From the UHGV virus genome UHGV-0213406: a DNA stretch of 53,890 bases, one strand, 5' to 3'. The notes under the pieces are model-generated. The model saw only the letters and a program-made list of their open reading frames with translations, made no database searches and was not told the origin of the DNA. This DNA comes from a virus. Both the position numbers and the translations under genes were made by a program. Below are positions 46,806-53,890 of the stretch, in pieces; position 1 is the first letter of the stretch, and each line of letters opens with the position of its first letter.

Positions 46806-46867
46806 GGTCTGCCATCTTCAGCACCGGGAGACCGTCCCACGGTGGACGCCCTTTCGGGCGTTTCGGC
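46806..46867 (-). ncRNA. Type II hammerhead ribozyme
   Basis: GCC-GAAA-CGCCC(GAAA)GGGCG-UC-CACCG(loop)CGGUG-CUGAAGA-UGGC; loop-I GGUCU pairs with 3' AGACC. Confidence 0.9.
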
Positions 46868-47232
46868 TAAAACTTGTCGGCGTATTCTTCCAACACTTCC
46901 GCTATACACTGCGAAAGTATATAGCAACGGATTGTAACGTCCATCCACTCCCAGTCCTCGGCTAGAAAGTGCGTTCCTATATCTGCGGAGTCAATGCCGA
47001 ATTCCTCAACTGCTTCTTCCAATAAGTCCATGTTATCAAGAACATATAAGGAAGCCTGTACACGGTTGAAAGTGTACGAGCCGGAAGCGTTCCCGGTTAC
47101 GCTGTCCTCTGTCCAGAGAGTATCATTTAAATACTGCTCAAGCTCTTCCAAGTCTTCAAACTCGGAAAAATTAACTTCTTCGTTAATATAGTTTTCGATG
47201 TCCTCTTTTACTGTCTCATAATAGTTATACAT
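46867..47232 (-). CDS. Highly acidic small protein (Ocr-like DNA mimic candidate)
   Basis: 121 aa, 31 Asp/Glu versus 4 Lys/Arg (hand count); DSVTGNASGSY motif. Confidence 0.7.
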   Translation of the reverse strand: MYNYYETVKEDIENYINEEVNFSEFEDLEELEQYLNDTLWTEDSVTGNASGSYTFNRVQASLYVLDNMDLLEEAVEEFGIDSADIGTHFLAEDWEWMDVTIRCYILSQCIAEVLEEYADKF

Positions 47233-47234
47233 TC

Positions 47235-47331
47235 TTTTCACCTATTCGAATCTATGTTATAATAGATTCGCCTTTCTTATTTGATTGGTGCCGATCGGGT
47301 TTAGTTGTGAGCTGTTCCGATCGGCTTTTTT
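47235..47331 (+). ncRNA. Antisense sRNA opposing the leader of the acidic-protein operon
   Basis: Extended -10 TGnTATAAT (47255-47263); GCCGATCGG/CCGATCGGC terminator plus T6. Confidence 0.55.
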
Positions 47332-47357
47332 GTTATCTTGTTTCTATGGTTATAATA

Positions 47358-47398
47358 TACACTAATTTTGGTATAATGTTAATACTAAAATTAGTGTA
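47358..47398. promoter_or_regulatory. Operators TACYAAwATTAGTsTA (third copy 47712-47727)
   Basis: Copies lie in or next to the spacers of the divergent promoters flanking the Xre gene. Confidence 0.65.
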
Positions 47399-47466
47399 TT
47401 TTAGTATTGACATTTTGGGCGCCAGATGTTACATTATATATATGAAAGGAAAGGAGGGATGTAAAC

Positions 47467-47694
47467 ATGATTAATTATAAAATAGATGTATTCAAAGCAC
47501 TAAAGGGCATGGGATATAATCAAACAAAGATACAGAGGGAAAACCTTTTACCACGTCAGACAATGCAGAATATAAGAGCCGGTAAAAGTATTACATTGGA
47601 AACACTTAATAAAATTTGTATCATGCTAAAGATGCAACCGGGGGACATAATAGAAGTAGTACCGACAGACGAGGAAAAAATAAAATACTATTAA
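47467..47694 (+). CDS. Xre/Cro-like HTH regulator (HTH_26-type)
   Basis: LK..GY....I....LL...T.Q.IR.GK.I.L.TL..IC..L..QPGDIIE. Confidence 0.85.
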   Translation: MINYKIDVFKALKGMGYNQTKIQRENLLPRQTMQNIRAGKSITLETLNKICIMLKMQPGDIIEVVPTDEEKIKYY

Positions 47695-47778
47695 TAAAGT
47701 TGTTGACAATATACCAATATTAGTCTATAATAATACTTGTAAGGAACAAACTTACAAGTAAGAAAGGAAGGAGAAAAC

Positions 47779-47931
47779 ATGGAACAAATGACAGAGAAAG
47801 AGAGAAAAGACGTACAAAAAGCGGTTGTGTATGATATCCGCCTAGCTGTAGACGCTGACAGCAAAGAAGAGTACACAAAAGAGGAAATTCTTAAAATGCT
47901 GGATGCGTTCGTGAGAGCAAGAGAAGAGTAA
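47779..47931 (+). CDS. Hypothetical protein (50 aa)
   Basis: Behind TTGACA-17-TATAAT (47703-47731); RBS AAGGAG; translated by hand. Confidence 0.6.
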   Translation: MEQMTEKERKDVQKAVVYDIRLAVDADSKEEYTKEEILKMLDAFVRAREE

Positions 47932-47998
47932 ACAAAAACAACTAAATACCGGAGACGGGGGCGAAAGCCCCCACGATATATAAACGGAGGTAATTGCT

Positions 47999-48319
47999 AT
48001 GACAAGAATTAAATTCGTAGAAGGATTTGGACAAAGTTCAGAAAGTTTTAAAAATTTTGCTTTAGATATACAAGAAGAAATTAATTCTGATCAAGAAATT
48101 CTTGATAGAGCTGACAAATGTAACGAGGATTTTGCGAATAGAATTAAAGAGAAACTAGATAAATATAAGTCCTATAAAGATATGGGGATTATTGTATCAG
48201 AAATTCAAAGGAATACACCACGTTATATGTACATAAAACACAGAGAACACAACGGAAAGAAATATCTGGTAGATATTGACTTACTGGAAAGAAATTTTTC
48301 AATAGTAGAAGAAGAATAA
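47999..48319 (+). CDS. Hypothetical protein
   Basis: RBS GGAGG; followed by terminator at 48330-48358. Confidence 0.6.
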   Translation: MTRIKFVEGFGQSSESFKNFALDIQEEINSDQEILDRADKCNEDFANRIKEKLDKYKSYKDMGIIVSEIQRNTPRYMYIKHREHNGKKYLVDIDLLERNFSIVEEE

Positions 48320-48483
48320 TAAGAAGATAGAAGCGGATAAAAAACCGCTTCTTTTTTTATGCCTAAATACTTGTTTATAGATAATATCTATGATATAATA
48401 CTTATAGAAGATATCTATAAGCAATACAAGCGACCAGAGAAAAGGGAACGCTTGTTATAATGATGTAAAGGAGGACGGCGGAC

Positions 48484-49098
48484 ATGGCAAGAAAGAGAGC
48501 GACTACAATAGTAGAAGACTTGCGACCGGTAGACATGGACAGCTTGCAGAGCGTCGTAGACGATGAAATATCTTTATATGCTGCCGACCTTGGCATTGAT
48601 GAAAAGGATATAGATGCGAGACAATGGAATGATGTATTAGACACGATCCAGCGTCACTTGTTCGGGAAAAGAAAGAAGCTGTTAAAAGTAGACGGCGGTC
48701 AATATGGACAGTATGACGGTAACAAGGTTATGGAAGCATACCGTATATATAAACGAATATGCAATAGGCACAGCAAGACTATAAGCTTAACAGGCTTTGA
48801 ATACTTTACTGGCATAGAACACCAGACGCTTTACAACTGGGATACTGATTGCAGTTATAAACGTGATGACTTGACGGGGCTAAATGGCGCGCCCTTAGAT
48901 TTTCGCAAAGTTATTATGAGAGACAACGAAGAGAGTCTACAAGCGCTATTAGAATCCGGGAGAGGAAACCCAGTCGGAACGCTGGCAAGGCTTAACCGCT
49001 ATCATAACTGGAACGTGCCTGGCATACGGAACGACCAAGAAGAGAGAAAAGCGCTCCCGGCATCGGCTTTACCGCGTTTAGATGGGGAAAAAGATTGA
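48484..49098 (+). CDS. terS: Probable terminase small subunit
   Basis: Y..IC....K..S..GF..FTGI...TLY.W HTH-like region and NPVG.LA.LN....W; upstream of terL. Confidence 0.6.
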   Translation: MARKRATTIVEDLRPVDMDSLQSVVDDEISLYAADLGIDEKDIDARQWNDVLDTIQRHLFGKRKKLLKVDGGQYGQYDGNKVMEAYRIYKRICNRHSKTISLTGFEYFTGIEHQTLYNWDTDCSYKRDDLTGLNGAPLDFRKVIMRDNEESLQALLESGRGNPVGTLARLNRYHNWNVPGIRNDQEERKALPASALPRLDGEKD

Positions 49099-49227
49099 TA
49101 TATTTTAATATTTTAGAAATATCGTTACAAATGATTAAATAATATCATTGACATTGTAACGATATTAATTTTTAACCTGTTTATCTATAGTTCAAATATG
49201 TATTTGTCGTATAGATGGAACAGAGTA

Positions 49228-49241
49228 AGAACGTATGTTCG
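49228..49241. promoter_or_regulatory. Second LexA (Cheo) box
   Basis: AGAACGTATGTTCG, same 12-bp core as at 20881. Confidence 0.55.
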
Positions 49242-49352
49242 ATAGATGGGGAGGGTGTCTGTAGGGAATCCAAAAACTGGCCTTTTAAGTCCTCCAAATT
49301 CCCAAAAAACAAAAAGACCCTCCAAATTCAAAAAAATAAAAAGGAGTCAAAA

Positions 49353-49514
49353 ATGGTAACAACAGTATTAGCAATCGTGTATATAGCACTAGCCTTAACG
49401 GTAATACCGGCAGTGATAGAGAGCGCAAAGAAACAGGAAGATACAATGACAGGGTTCATGAGTGCATTGTTCTTTGTCTTTGTAGCAACAGCATACATAT
49501 TCTTGAGGTGGTAG
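49353..49514 (+). CDS. Small two-TM membrane protein
   Basis: RBS AAGGAG; two hydrophobic helices. Confidence 0.6.
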   Translation: MVTTVLAIVYIALALTVIPAVIESAKKQEDTMTGFMSALFFVFVATAYIFLRW

Positions 49515-49516
49515 TA

Positions 49517-49732
49517 ATGAGAGTAATCAACCAGAGGAGAGATAGATCAATCAATATAGATAGATATGACATCAGCGTAGACGATAACCATGTATACGCC
49601 ATAGGTAGTGGTGGGCGAACGGTGCTTCTTGGCGACTATGAGGACAGTGAAAAAGCAAGGGGAGCATTTGACAGTCTCATGAAAGCTTATGACACGAAGT
49701 TTGTAACAACATATCAGATGCCGACGCAGTAG
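49517..49732 (+). CDS. Hypothetical protein
   Basis: MRVI.Q....SI, LG.Y...EKA..A...L...Y, Y.MP. Confidence 0.65.
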   Translation: MRVINQRRDRSINIDRYDISVDDNHVYAIGSGGRTVLLGDYEDSEKARGAFDSLMKAYDTKFVTTYQMPTQ

Positions 49733-49765
49733 GTTCATTTTCAATGGATCTCCTTTCATTATATT

Positions 49766-49815
49766 GCCTGCTAGTGGAACGCTGAATAAAGGGAGTGTCA
49801 AAACTCCCGGCAGGC
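49766..49815 (+). ncRNA. tRNA top-half mimic (acceptor + T arm)
   Basis: 7-bp GCCTGCT/GGCAGGC stacked on 5-bp GGGAG/CTCCC. Confidence 0.5.
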
Positions 49816-49945
49816 TTTGGGTGTTGTAGCCCTCCTTAATTATTCGTAAGTTGTGAAACTCAAGCCTTTTAAGACCGTATAGCCGGAGACAGTATAGGTG
49901 TCACAACCTGTACTGTCAATCGTTGAAAATGTACATAAGTAAACG

Positions 49946-50058
49946 ACCGATAGCATAGTGTGAGTATGGTTCGATTCCATAGCTAGGTGCGGGAGGATTC
50001 CTCCTGGTGGTTCAATTCCACTGCTAGGCGTGAGTGCGGTGCAAGTCCGCATGTCGGT
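49946..50058 (+). ncRNA. tRNA-like RNA with three tandem T-arm hairpins
   Basis: 7-bp ACCGATA/TGTCGGT enclosing TATGG-TTCGATT-CCATA, GGTGG-TTCAATT-CCACT and TGCGG-TGCAAGT-CCGCA. Confidence 0.6.
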
Positions 50059-50116
50059 TTCGAGTTTGCGTGGTACTCTTCCGGTACTTATCTGCCTTTC
50101 ACCGGCAAACCACGTA

Positions 50117-50203
50117 ACCGTCTTAAGATAGGAGCCACAGAGTTTATTTTTGCTTTCTTTTCTTTTTCCTCTGCGGTGGTCGGTGCAAGTCCGACAGACG
50201 GTT
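50117..50203 (+). ncRNA. tRNA-like RNA with 26-nt U-rich loop in place of the anticodon
   Basis: ACCGTCT/AGACGGT acceptor, GTCGG-TGCAAGT-CCGAC T arm, CCACAGAG/CTCTGCGG stem. Confidence 0.6.
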
Positions 50204-50728
50204 TTGCAAATAGGATGAACTCAGTGAAGAAAGGTTTTTCAGCCTTGCTGAGATGCATAGCATACTAGGAAGTACAGGTGGGGATACCTGCCTGTAGGAC
50301 TGACTGAGTGCCTTTGAGGGCATGATGGTGTATGGGAACCATGCACGGACGCTGTGTAGTGTATCCTCATAGAGGAATCAATAGCAGAACCCTTGTGGTC
50401 GGCGAATAATAGACGCTTGCGGTGCAAGAATAATCCGCTTGGACGTGGTGTGAGAGACTACGGGAAGAGCGGAAAACTCAAAAGAAGCCGATATGCCTTG
50501 AAATAATCGCAAGAGGTTTGTGAGAGTAGCGGAACGGCAAAAAAAGGATGTTTTGCAAAAACAAAAAATCTGAAAGAACCGTGAAATCTACAGGTATCAG
50601 TCCTGTGCGTGCTTATGACAGCGGTAAGAAGCCAAGGGTCGCACCCGAACGCTCAGACTTATCGTCACGCTGGCAGAAAATGATCCCTACCTTGAGGGAT
50701 AAGGGGAAACCCTCATTCAAATTTGCAA
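50204..50728 (+). ncRNA. Large structured ncRNA, probably ROOL family
   Basis: ~525 nt, hairpin-rich; terminal helix TTGCAAATAGGATGA/TCATTCAAATTTGCAA; 3' GGTCGCACCC...GCTCAGAC...TGGCAGAA resembles ROOL as recalled; phage and tRNA-like context. Confidence 0.62.
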
Positions 50729-50874
50729 TTTTTCTTTGGATCATGCCACGGAGTCCAAAACGTAACAAAAAACAAAGCAATTACATGCATCTTTTGCAAA
50801 ATATAGGTTTTTTAATCTTCTATGTACAATTCCAATCAACATTATTCGTGGCTATGCGGTCATGCGACCGCTTA

Positions 50875-50961
50875 CGGAACATAGTTTAAAGTAAAATGCC
50901 CTGCCAAAAAAAATAAAGCTGTCTTAAAAGGGCGATGCCGGCTCATAACCGGCTGTTCCGA
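50875..50961 (+). ncRNA. tRNA-like RNA with 26-nt A-rich loop in place of the anticodon
   Basis: CGGAACA/TGTTCCG acceptor, TAGTTTAAAGTAAAA D-arm remnant, GCCCT/AGGGC stem, GCCGG-CTCATAA-CCGGC T arm. Confidence 0.65.
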
Positions 50962-50979
50962 TTTATGGAGGTATGATAC

Positions 50980-51177
50980 ATGAGAAAGATATTCTATACG
51001 CTTGTGATAGCAATGCTTACGATATTGTTCTGCATGCTTGGTTTTGCGTTTGTAGCGGTGCTTGTGAAGTTGATATGCTGGTGCTTTGGTCTGGTTTTTA
51101 ATATAAAAGTAGCACTTGGTATTTATGCGGTGATTGTACTGATTCGGTGGGTGATGCCAGATGGAAAGAATGATTAG
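50980..51177 (+). CDS. Small membrane protein
   Basis: Two hydrophobic helices; RBS GGAGG. Confidence 0.65.
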   Translation: MRKIFYTLVIAMLTILFCMLGFAFVAVLVKLICWCFGLVFNIKVALGIYAVIVLIRWVMPDGKND

Positions 51178-51304
51178 TGAGAGAATTATCAAAGAATCGG
51201 TCAATATGGCAAAACTAATCACAAAAGGCTACACTGTGACAATCAGACCGACAAGAGGTGGCGTTAAGATTACAAGCCACAAAGAGAAAGAAATAAAGAG
51301 CTGA
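51170..51304 (+). CDS. Hypothetical protein (44 aa)
   Basis: Overlaps previous stop; KG..V.IR....GVKI pattern; translated by hand. Confidence 0.5.
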   Translation: MISERIIKESVNMAKLITKGYTVTIRPTRGGVKITSHKEKEIKS

Positions 51305-51368
51305 GAACCGAGTGCGGTTCCGGGACAGGGGAGTGCCTCTTAACTTTTTTAGTTAGGGGGCTTTTTTT

Positions 51369-53114
51369 ATGGCAAGCAAATATCTGATGGATGCTGTAAA
51401 AGGATATGATGCGTATCTTTTGAAGCATGGACTTGATGAATCTGTGCTACAAGCCTACGTTCTCGCTACACAGACTGCCTATAAGGATGAGAAAGACATA
51501 CAGTACGGGAAAATGGTAGCTGCGAAAGCAAAACAGCTTGTAAACGACATGATACGGGTGCAGACAGGCGGTACATTCGCACAGCTTGAAGAATTTGCGC
51601 AAGAGAACAAGACAGATTATAAGATTCTCGATACTTACTATGACATCTTAAAGATTGAAGCAAGAGATATCCTTGACAGCTATATGCTGTATGTGGAGAA
51701 GGATAGAAAGCGACGGGAACGCTTCTATGAGCCACGTAGAAAGACATTAAAGCTTGTTACGGACAGACTACAAGCACTTGAAGATGATGAATTGGACGAA
51801 CTATTTGTGCATTTGCCCGCAAGAACAGGAAAATCACAGGAGCTTACACTTGCTACATCATGGAAGTGCGCAAGGAATACCGAAGCAAGTAACCTGTATG
51901 TGACCTATAAAGAGGGACTGGGCGGTGCTTTCCTTGATGGTGTTATGGAAATATGGACAGACCCCATCTATTGTTTCTCTGATGTGTTTCCTGAAGCAAT
52001 CATTGTAGACACGGATGCAAAAAACAATAAGGTGGACTTGCAACGAAAGAAAAAATATAAGTCCCTGTCCGGTAAAGGTCTAACTTCTGGTCTGAATGGT
52101 GAGTATGATGCTTTGGGATGGCTTATCATTGACGATATCCTTGAGGGAATCCAGGACGTGTTAAGCCCGGATGTATTAAGAAGAAAGCAGATCATCTTCG
52201 ACAATAACGTCATGAAGCGTAAAAAAGAGAAGTGTAAAGTTGTCTATAACGGTACAATCTGGAGTCTGCACGATATCTATATGAACAGGCTTGACTTTCT
52301 GGAGAACAACCCGGAAGCAAAGGACATCCGATGGGACGTGCTTAAGATACCGGCTCTTGACCCTGTGACGGATGAAAGCAACTTCAATTATGAATACGGA
52401 GTAGGATTCTCCACAGAGTATTACAGGAGAGAGCGTGCAAAGTTCGAAGAAAATGACGACATGGCAGGATGGTATGCACAGTGCCAGCAAGAACCAATCG
52501 AGAGAGATGGTGCGGTGTTCAACCCGGAACACATGAAATTCTATAACGGAGTACTTCCGACCGAAGAACCATATAGAATCACTGCCGCCTGTGATGTGGC
52601 TCTTGGTGGAGAGGATAATCTGGCATTTGCCGTAGCTTATATGTATGAGGACGGTTCGGTATATATTGATGATGTCGTGTTTGATAGCTCAGAGAAGAAA
52701 ATCACCAAACCAAAAGTCACGGATATGATTATCGACCACGATGTAGGCAGTGCGTTTTTCGAAGCGAACCAAGGTGGAGAGGGCTATAAGGATGAAGTAG
52801 ACGAAATGCTCAGAGAAAAGGGTAAGAAAATCAACCTTGTATCACAGTATGCACCAACCAGTATGAGAAAATCACAAAGAATATGGGACAAAGCTGGAAC
52901 AATCAGAGAATGGTATTTTCGTGATGTAGGCTGTAGAAGCAGGGAATACCGTGCATTTATGCGAAACCTGTATTCGTTCACGATCAAAGGCAAGAATAAG
53001 CATGAAGATGCGGCTGACTGCCTTGCATCATTAGCTTATTTCATTGAGGGAACATGGGAACCGGCAAAAGTAGAAGCCGTAAGTAATCCATTCAGAGGGG
53101 GCAGAAGATGGTAG
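51369..53114 (+). CDS. terL: Terminase large subunit
   Basis: P.RTGKS Walker A, LIIDD Walker B, GT.W, ACDVA.GG.D and H.DA.D nuclease motifs. Confidence 0.93.
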   Translation: MASKYLMDAVKGYDAYLLKHGLDESVLQAYVLATQTAYKDEKDIQYGKMVAAKAKQLVNDMIRVQTGGTFAQLEEFAQENKTDYKILDTYYDILKIEARDILDSYMLYVEKDRKRRERFYEPRRKTLKLVTDRLQALEDDELDELFVHLPARTGKSQELTLATSWKCARNTEASNLYVTYKEGLGGAFLDGVMEIWTDPIYCFSDVFPEAIIVDTDAKNNKVDLQRKKKYKSLSGKGLTSGLNGEYDALGWLIIDDILEGIQDVLSPDVLRRKQIIFDNNVMKRKKEKCKVVYNGTIWSLHDIYMNRLDFLENNPEAKDIRWDVLKIPALDPVTDESNFNYEYGVGFSTEYYRRERAKFEENDDMAGWYAQCQQEPIERDGAVFNPEHMKFYNGVLPTEEPYRITAACDVALGGEDNLAFAVAYMYEDGSVYIDDVVFDSSEKKITKPKVTDMIIDHDVGSAFFEANQGGEGYKDEVDEMLREKGKKINLVSQYAPTSMRKSQRIWDKAGTIREWYFRDVGCRSREYRAFMRNLYSFTIKGKNKHEDAADCLASLAYFIEGTWEPAKVEAVSNPFRGGRRW

Positions 53115-53548
53115 ACAGAAAGTTTTTGGAACAATATGCGGATATGGTAAGTGAAATACCGGAATTGGAAGCAAAAATAGACCGACTGGAAGCGCAGATA
53201 GCAAAAATCGAAGCAGAAGGCGCAGTAAAAGACACTGTGAGCGGTGGGAATGGTGGAACGCAGCACTTTGTGATAGAGGGATTCCCGATACCGGAGTATA
53301 AAAAGAAGAGAACAAGACTTCTTTCTGTAAAAATGTCCTATGAACAGTTGAAAAACGATGTAGAAGAGAAAGTTGCGGAGATTGAAACGTTCATTGCCGG
53401 TATTGATGACTCCAGAATCCGAAGAATTATCACCATGAAGTATATCGATGGGCTTTCGTGGACGGAAACAGCTGAAAAACTAGGAAGATATGCCACTGCG
53501 GACAGTGCAAGGAAAGAATTTGAACGGTATTTTCAAAGAATGTCCTAA
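53108..53548 (+). CDS. RinA/ArpU-like late transcription regulator
   Basis: Coiled coil, then I.DSR.R.II..KY.DGLSW...A..LG sigma-region-4-like HTH. Confidence 0.75.
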   Translation: MVDRKFLEQYADMVSEIPELEAKIDRLEAQIAKIEAEGAVKDTVSGGNGGTQHFVIEGFPIPEYKKKRTRLLSVKMSYEQLKNDVEEKVAEIETFIAGIDDSRIRRIITMKYIDGLSWTETAEKLGRYATADSARKEFERYFQRMS

Positions 53549-53644
53549 CTGTCCTGTATGTCCGTTTCTAATATGATAATATTAGAATGGAAACAGAAAC
53601 AAAGATACTGTTTTATCATTCCTCTTTATATATGGTACATTCAG

Positions 53645-53678
53645 AAAAAAGAACTGTCGTAAATGGCGGTTCTTTTTT
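53645..53678 (+). terminator. Terminator downstream of putative late promoter and short leader RNA
   Basis: AAAAAAGAACTGTC-GTAAAT-GGCGGTTCTTTTTT. Confidence 0.65.
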
Positions 53679-53695
53679 CGTATAGGAGAGAAAAC

Positions 53696-53887
53696 ATGGG
53701 AATTAGCATATATTGTCCGAAATGCGGTCGCAAAGTCGGTACGCATGATGGAAAATCAAAAATCAACCTTACACGTCAGTGCAAGAATTGCAAAATAAGA
53801 GTCGTTTTTAACCGTATTACAGGTGAAACAAGGGTAAGACCGCTCACAAAGAGAACTACAAGCAGTGGCGTGACGTTTGGAGTGTAA
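53696..53887 (+). CDS. Zinc-ribbon protein (Mu Com-like)
   Basis: YCPKCGRKV ... CKNCK; RBS AGGAGAG; directly precedes portal on the circle. Confidence 0.7.
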   Translation: MGISIYCPKCGRKVGTHDGKSKINLTRQCKNCKIRVVFNRITGETRVRPLTKRTTSSGVTFGV

Positions 53888-53890
53888 TTT

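Larger units (their letters stand above)
1..53890. mobile_element. Complete temperate siphovirus genome (circularly permuted at portal), probable Clostridia/Lachnospiraceae host
   Basis: Full set of packaging, head, tail, lysis, immunity, replication and integration modules; the 3' end (GGAGTGTAATTT) provides an RBS for the ATG at position 1. Confidence 0.93.

Noticed and set aside
49840..50889. Short ORFs 49840-50052, 49987-50268, 50239-50427 and 50548-50889
   Set aside because: Atypical composition and weak or absent RBS; better explained by structured RNA
49766..50961. Functional tRNA genes
   Set aside because: No unit has a 7-nt anticodon loop with a complete D arm; reported as tRNA-like instead
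51295..51368. Possible HDV-like/theta ribozyme upstream of terL
   Set aside because: Could not build the nested double pseudoknot; only a terminator-like hairpin is evident
1..53890. Stop-codon reassignment
   Set aside because: TAG, TGA and TAA all end well-formed genes; only one isolated internal TAA

Overview
The window looks like a complete, circularly permuted ~53.9 kb temperate siphovirus genome of a gut Firmicute. A Clostridia/Lachnospiraceae-like host is inferred from gene families and SigA/LexA signals. The last gene ends at 53887, and its GGAGTG tail supplies the RBS for the portal ATG at position 1. Gene order: portal, three fibre-like genes, head genes, holins embedded in the neck module, tail (with a -1 frameshift in the chaperone), amidase endolysin, antirepressor/immunity region, recombination/replication, a multi-TRD C5 methyltransferase, accessory genes, large serine integrase with putative attP, a Gln/Gly/Cys-rich structural-looking cassette, morons, an Xre-controlled anti-defence-like island with a hammerhead ribozyme, terS, a ~1.2 kb ncRNA cluster, terL and late regulators. 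Most notable: (1) the ncRNA cluster, where a probable ROOL-type large RNA is flanked by tRNA mimics with 26-nt 'anticodon' loops, a triple T-loop RNA and anti-SD-like loops; (2) the Cys/Gly-rich cassette next to attP, possibly spore-surface or spike related; (3) a type II hammerhead directly behind an Ocr-like acidic gene; (4) head-module fibres with interlocking terminal motifs; (5) an overlapping beta-subunit-like ORF inside the methyltransferase. All family calls come from motif recognition by eye; no searches were run.
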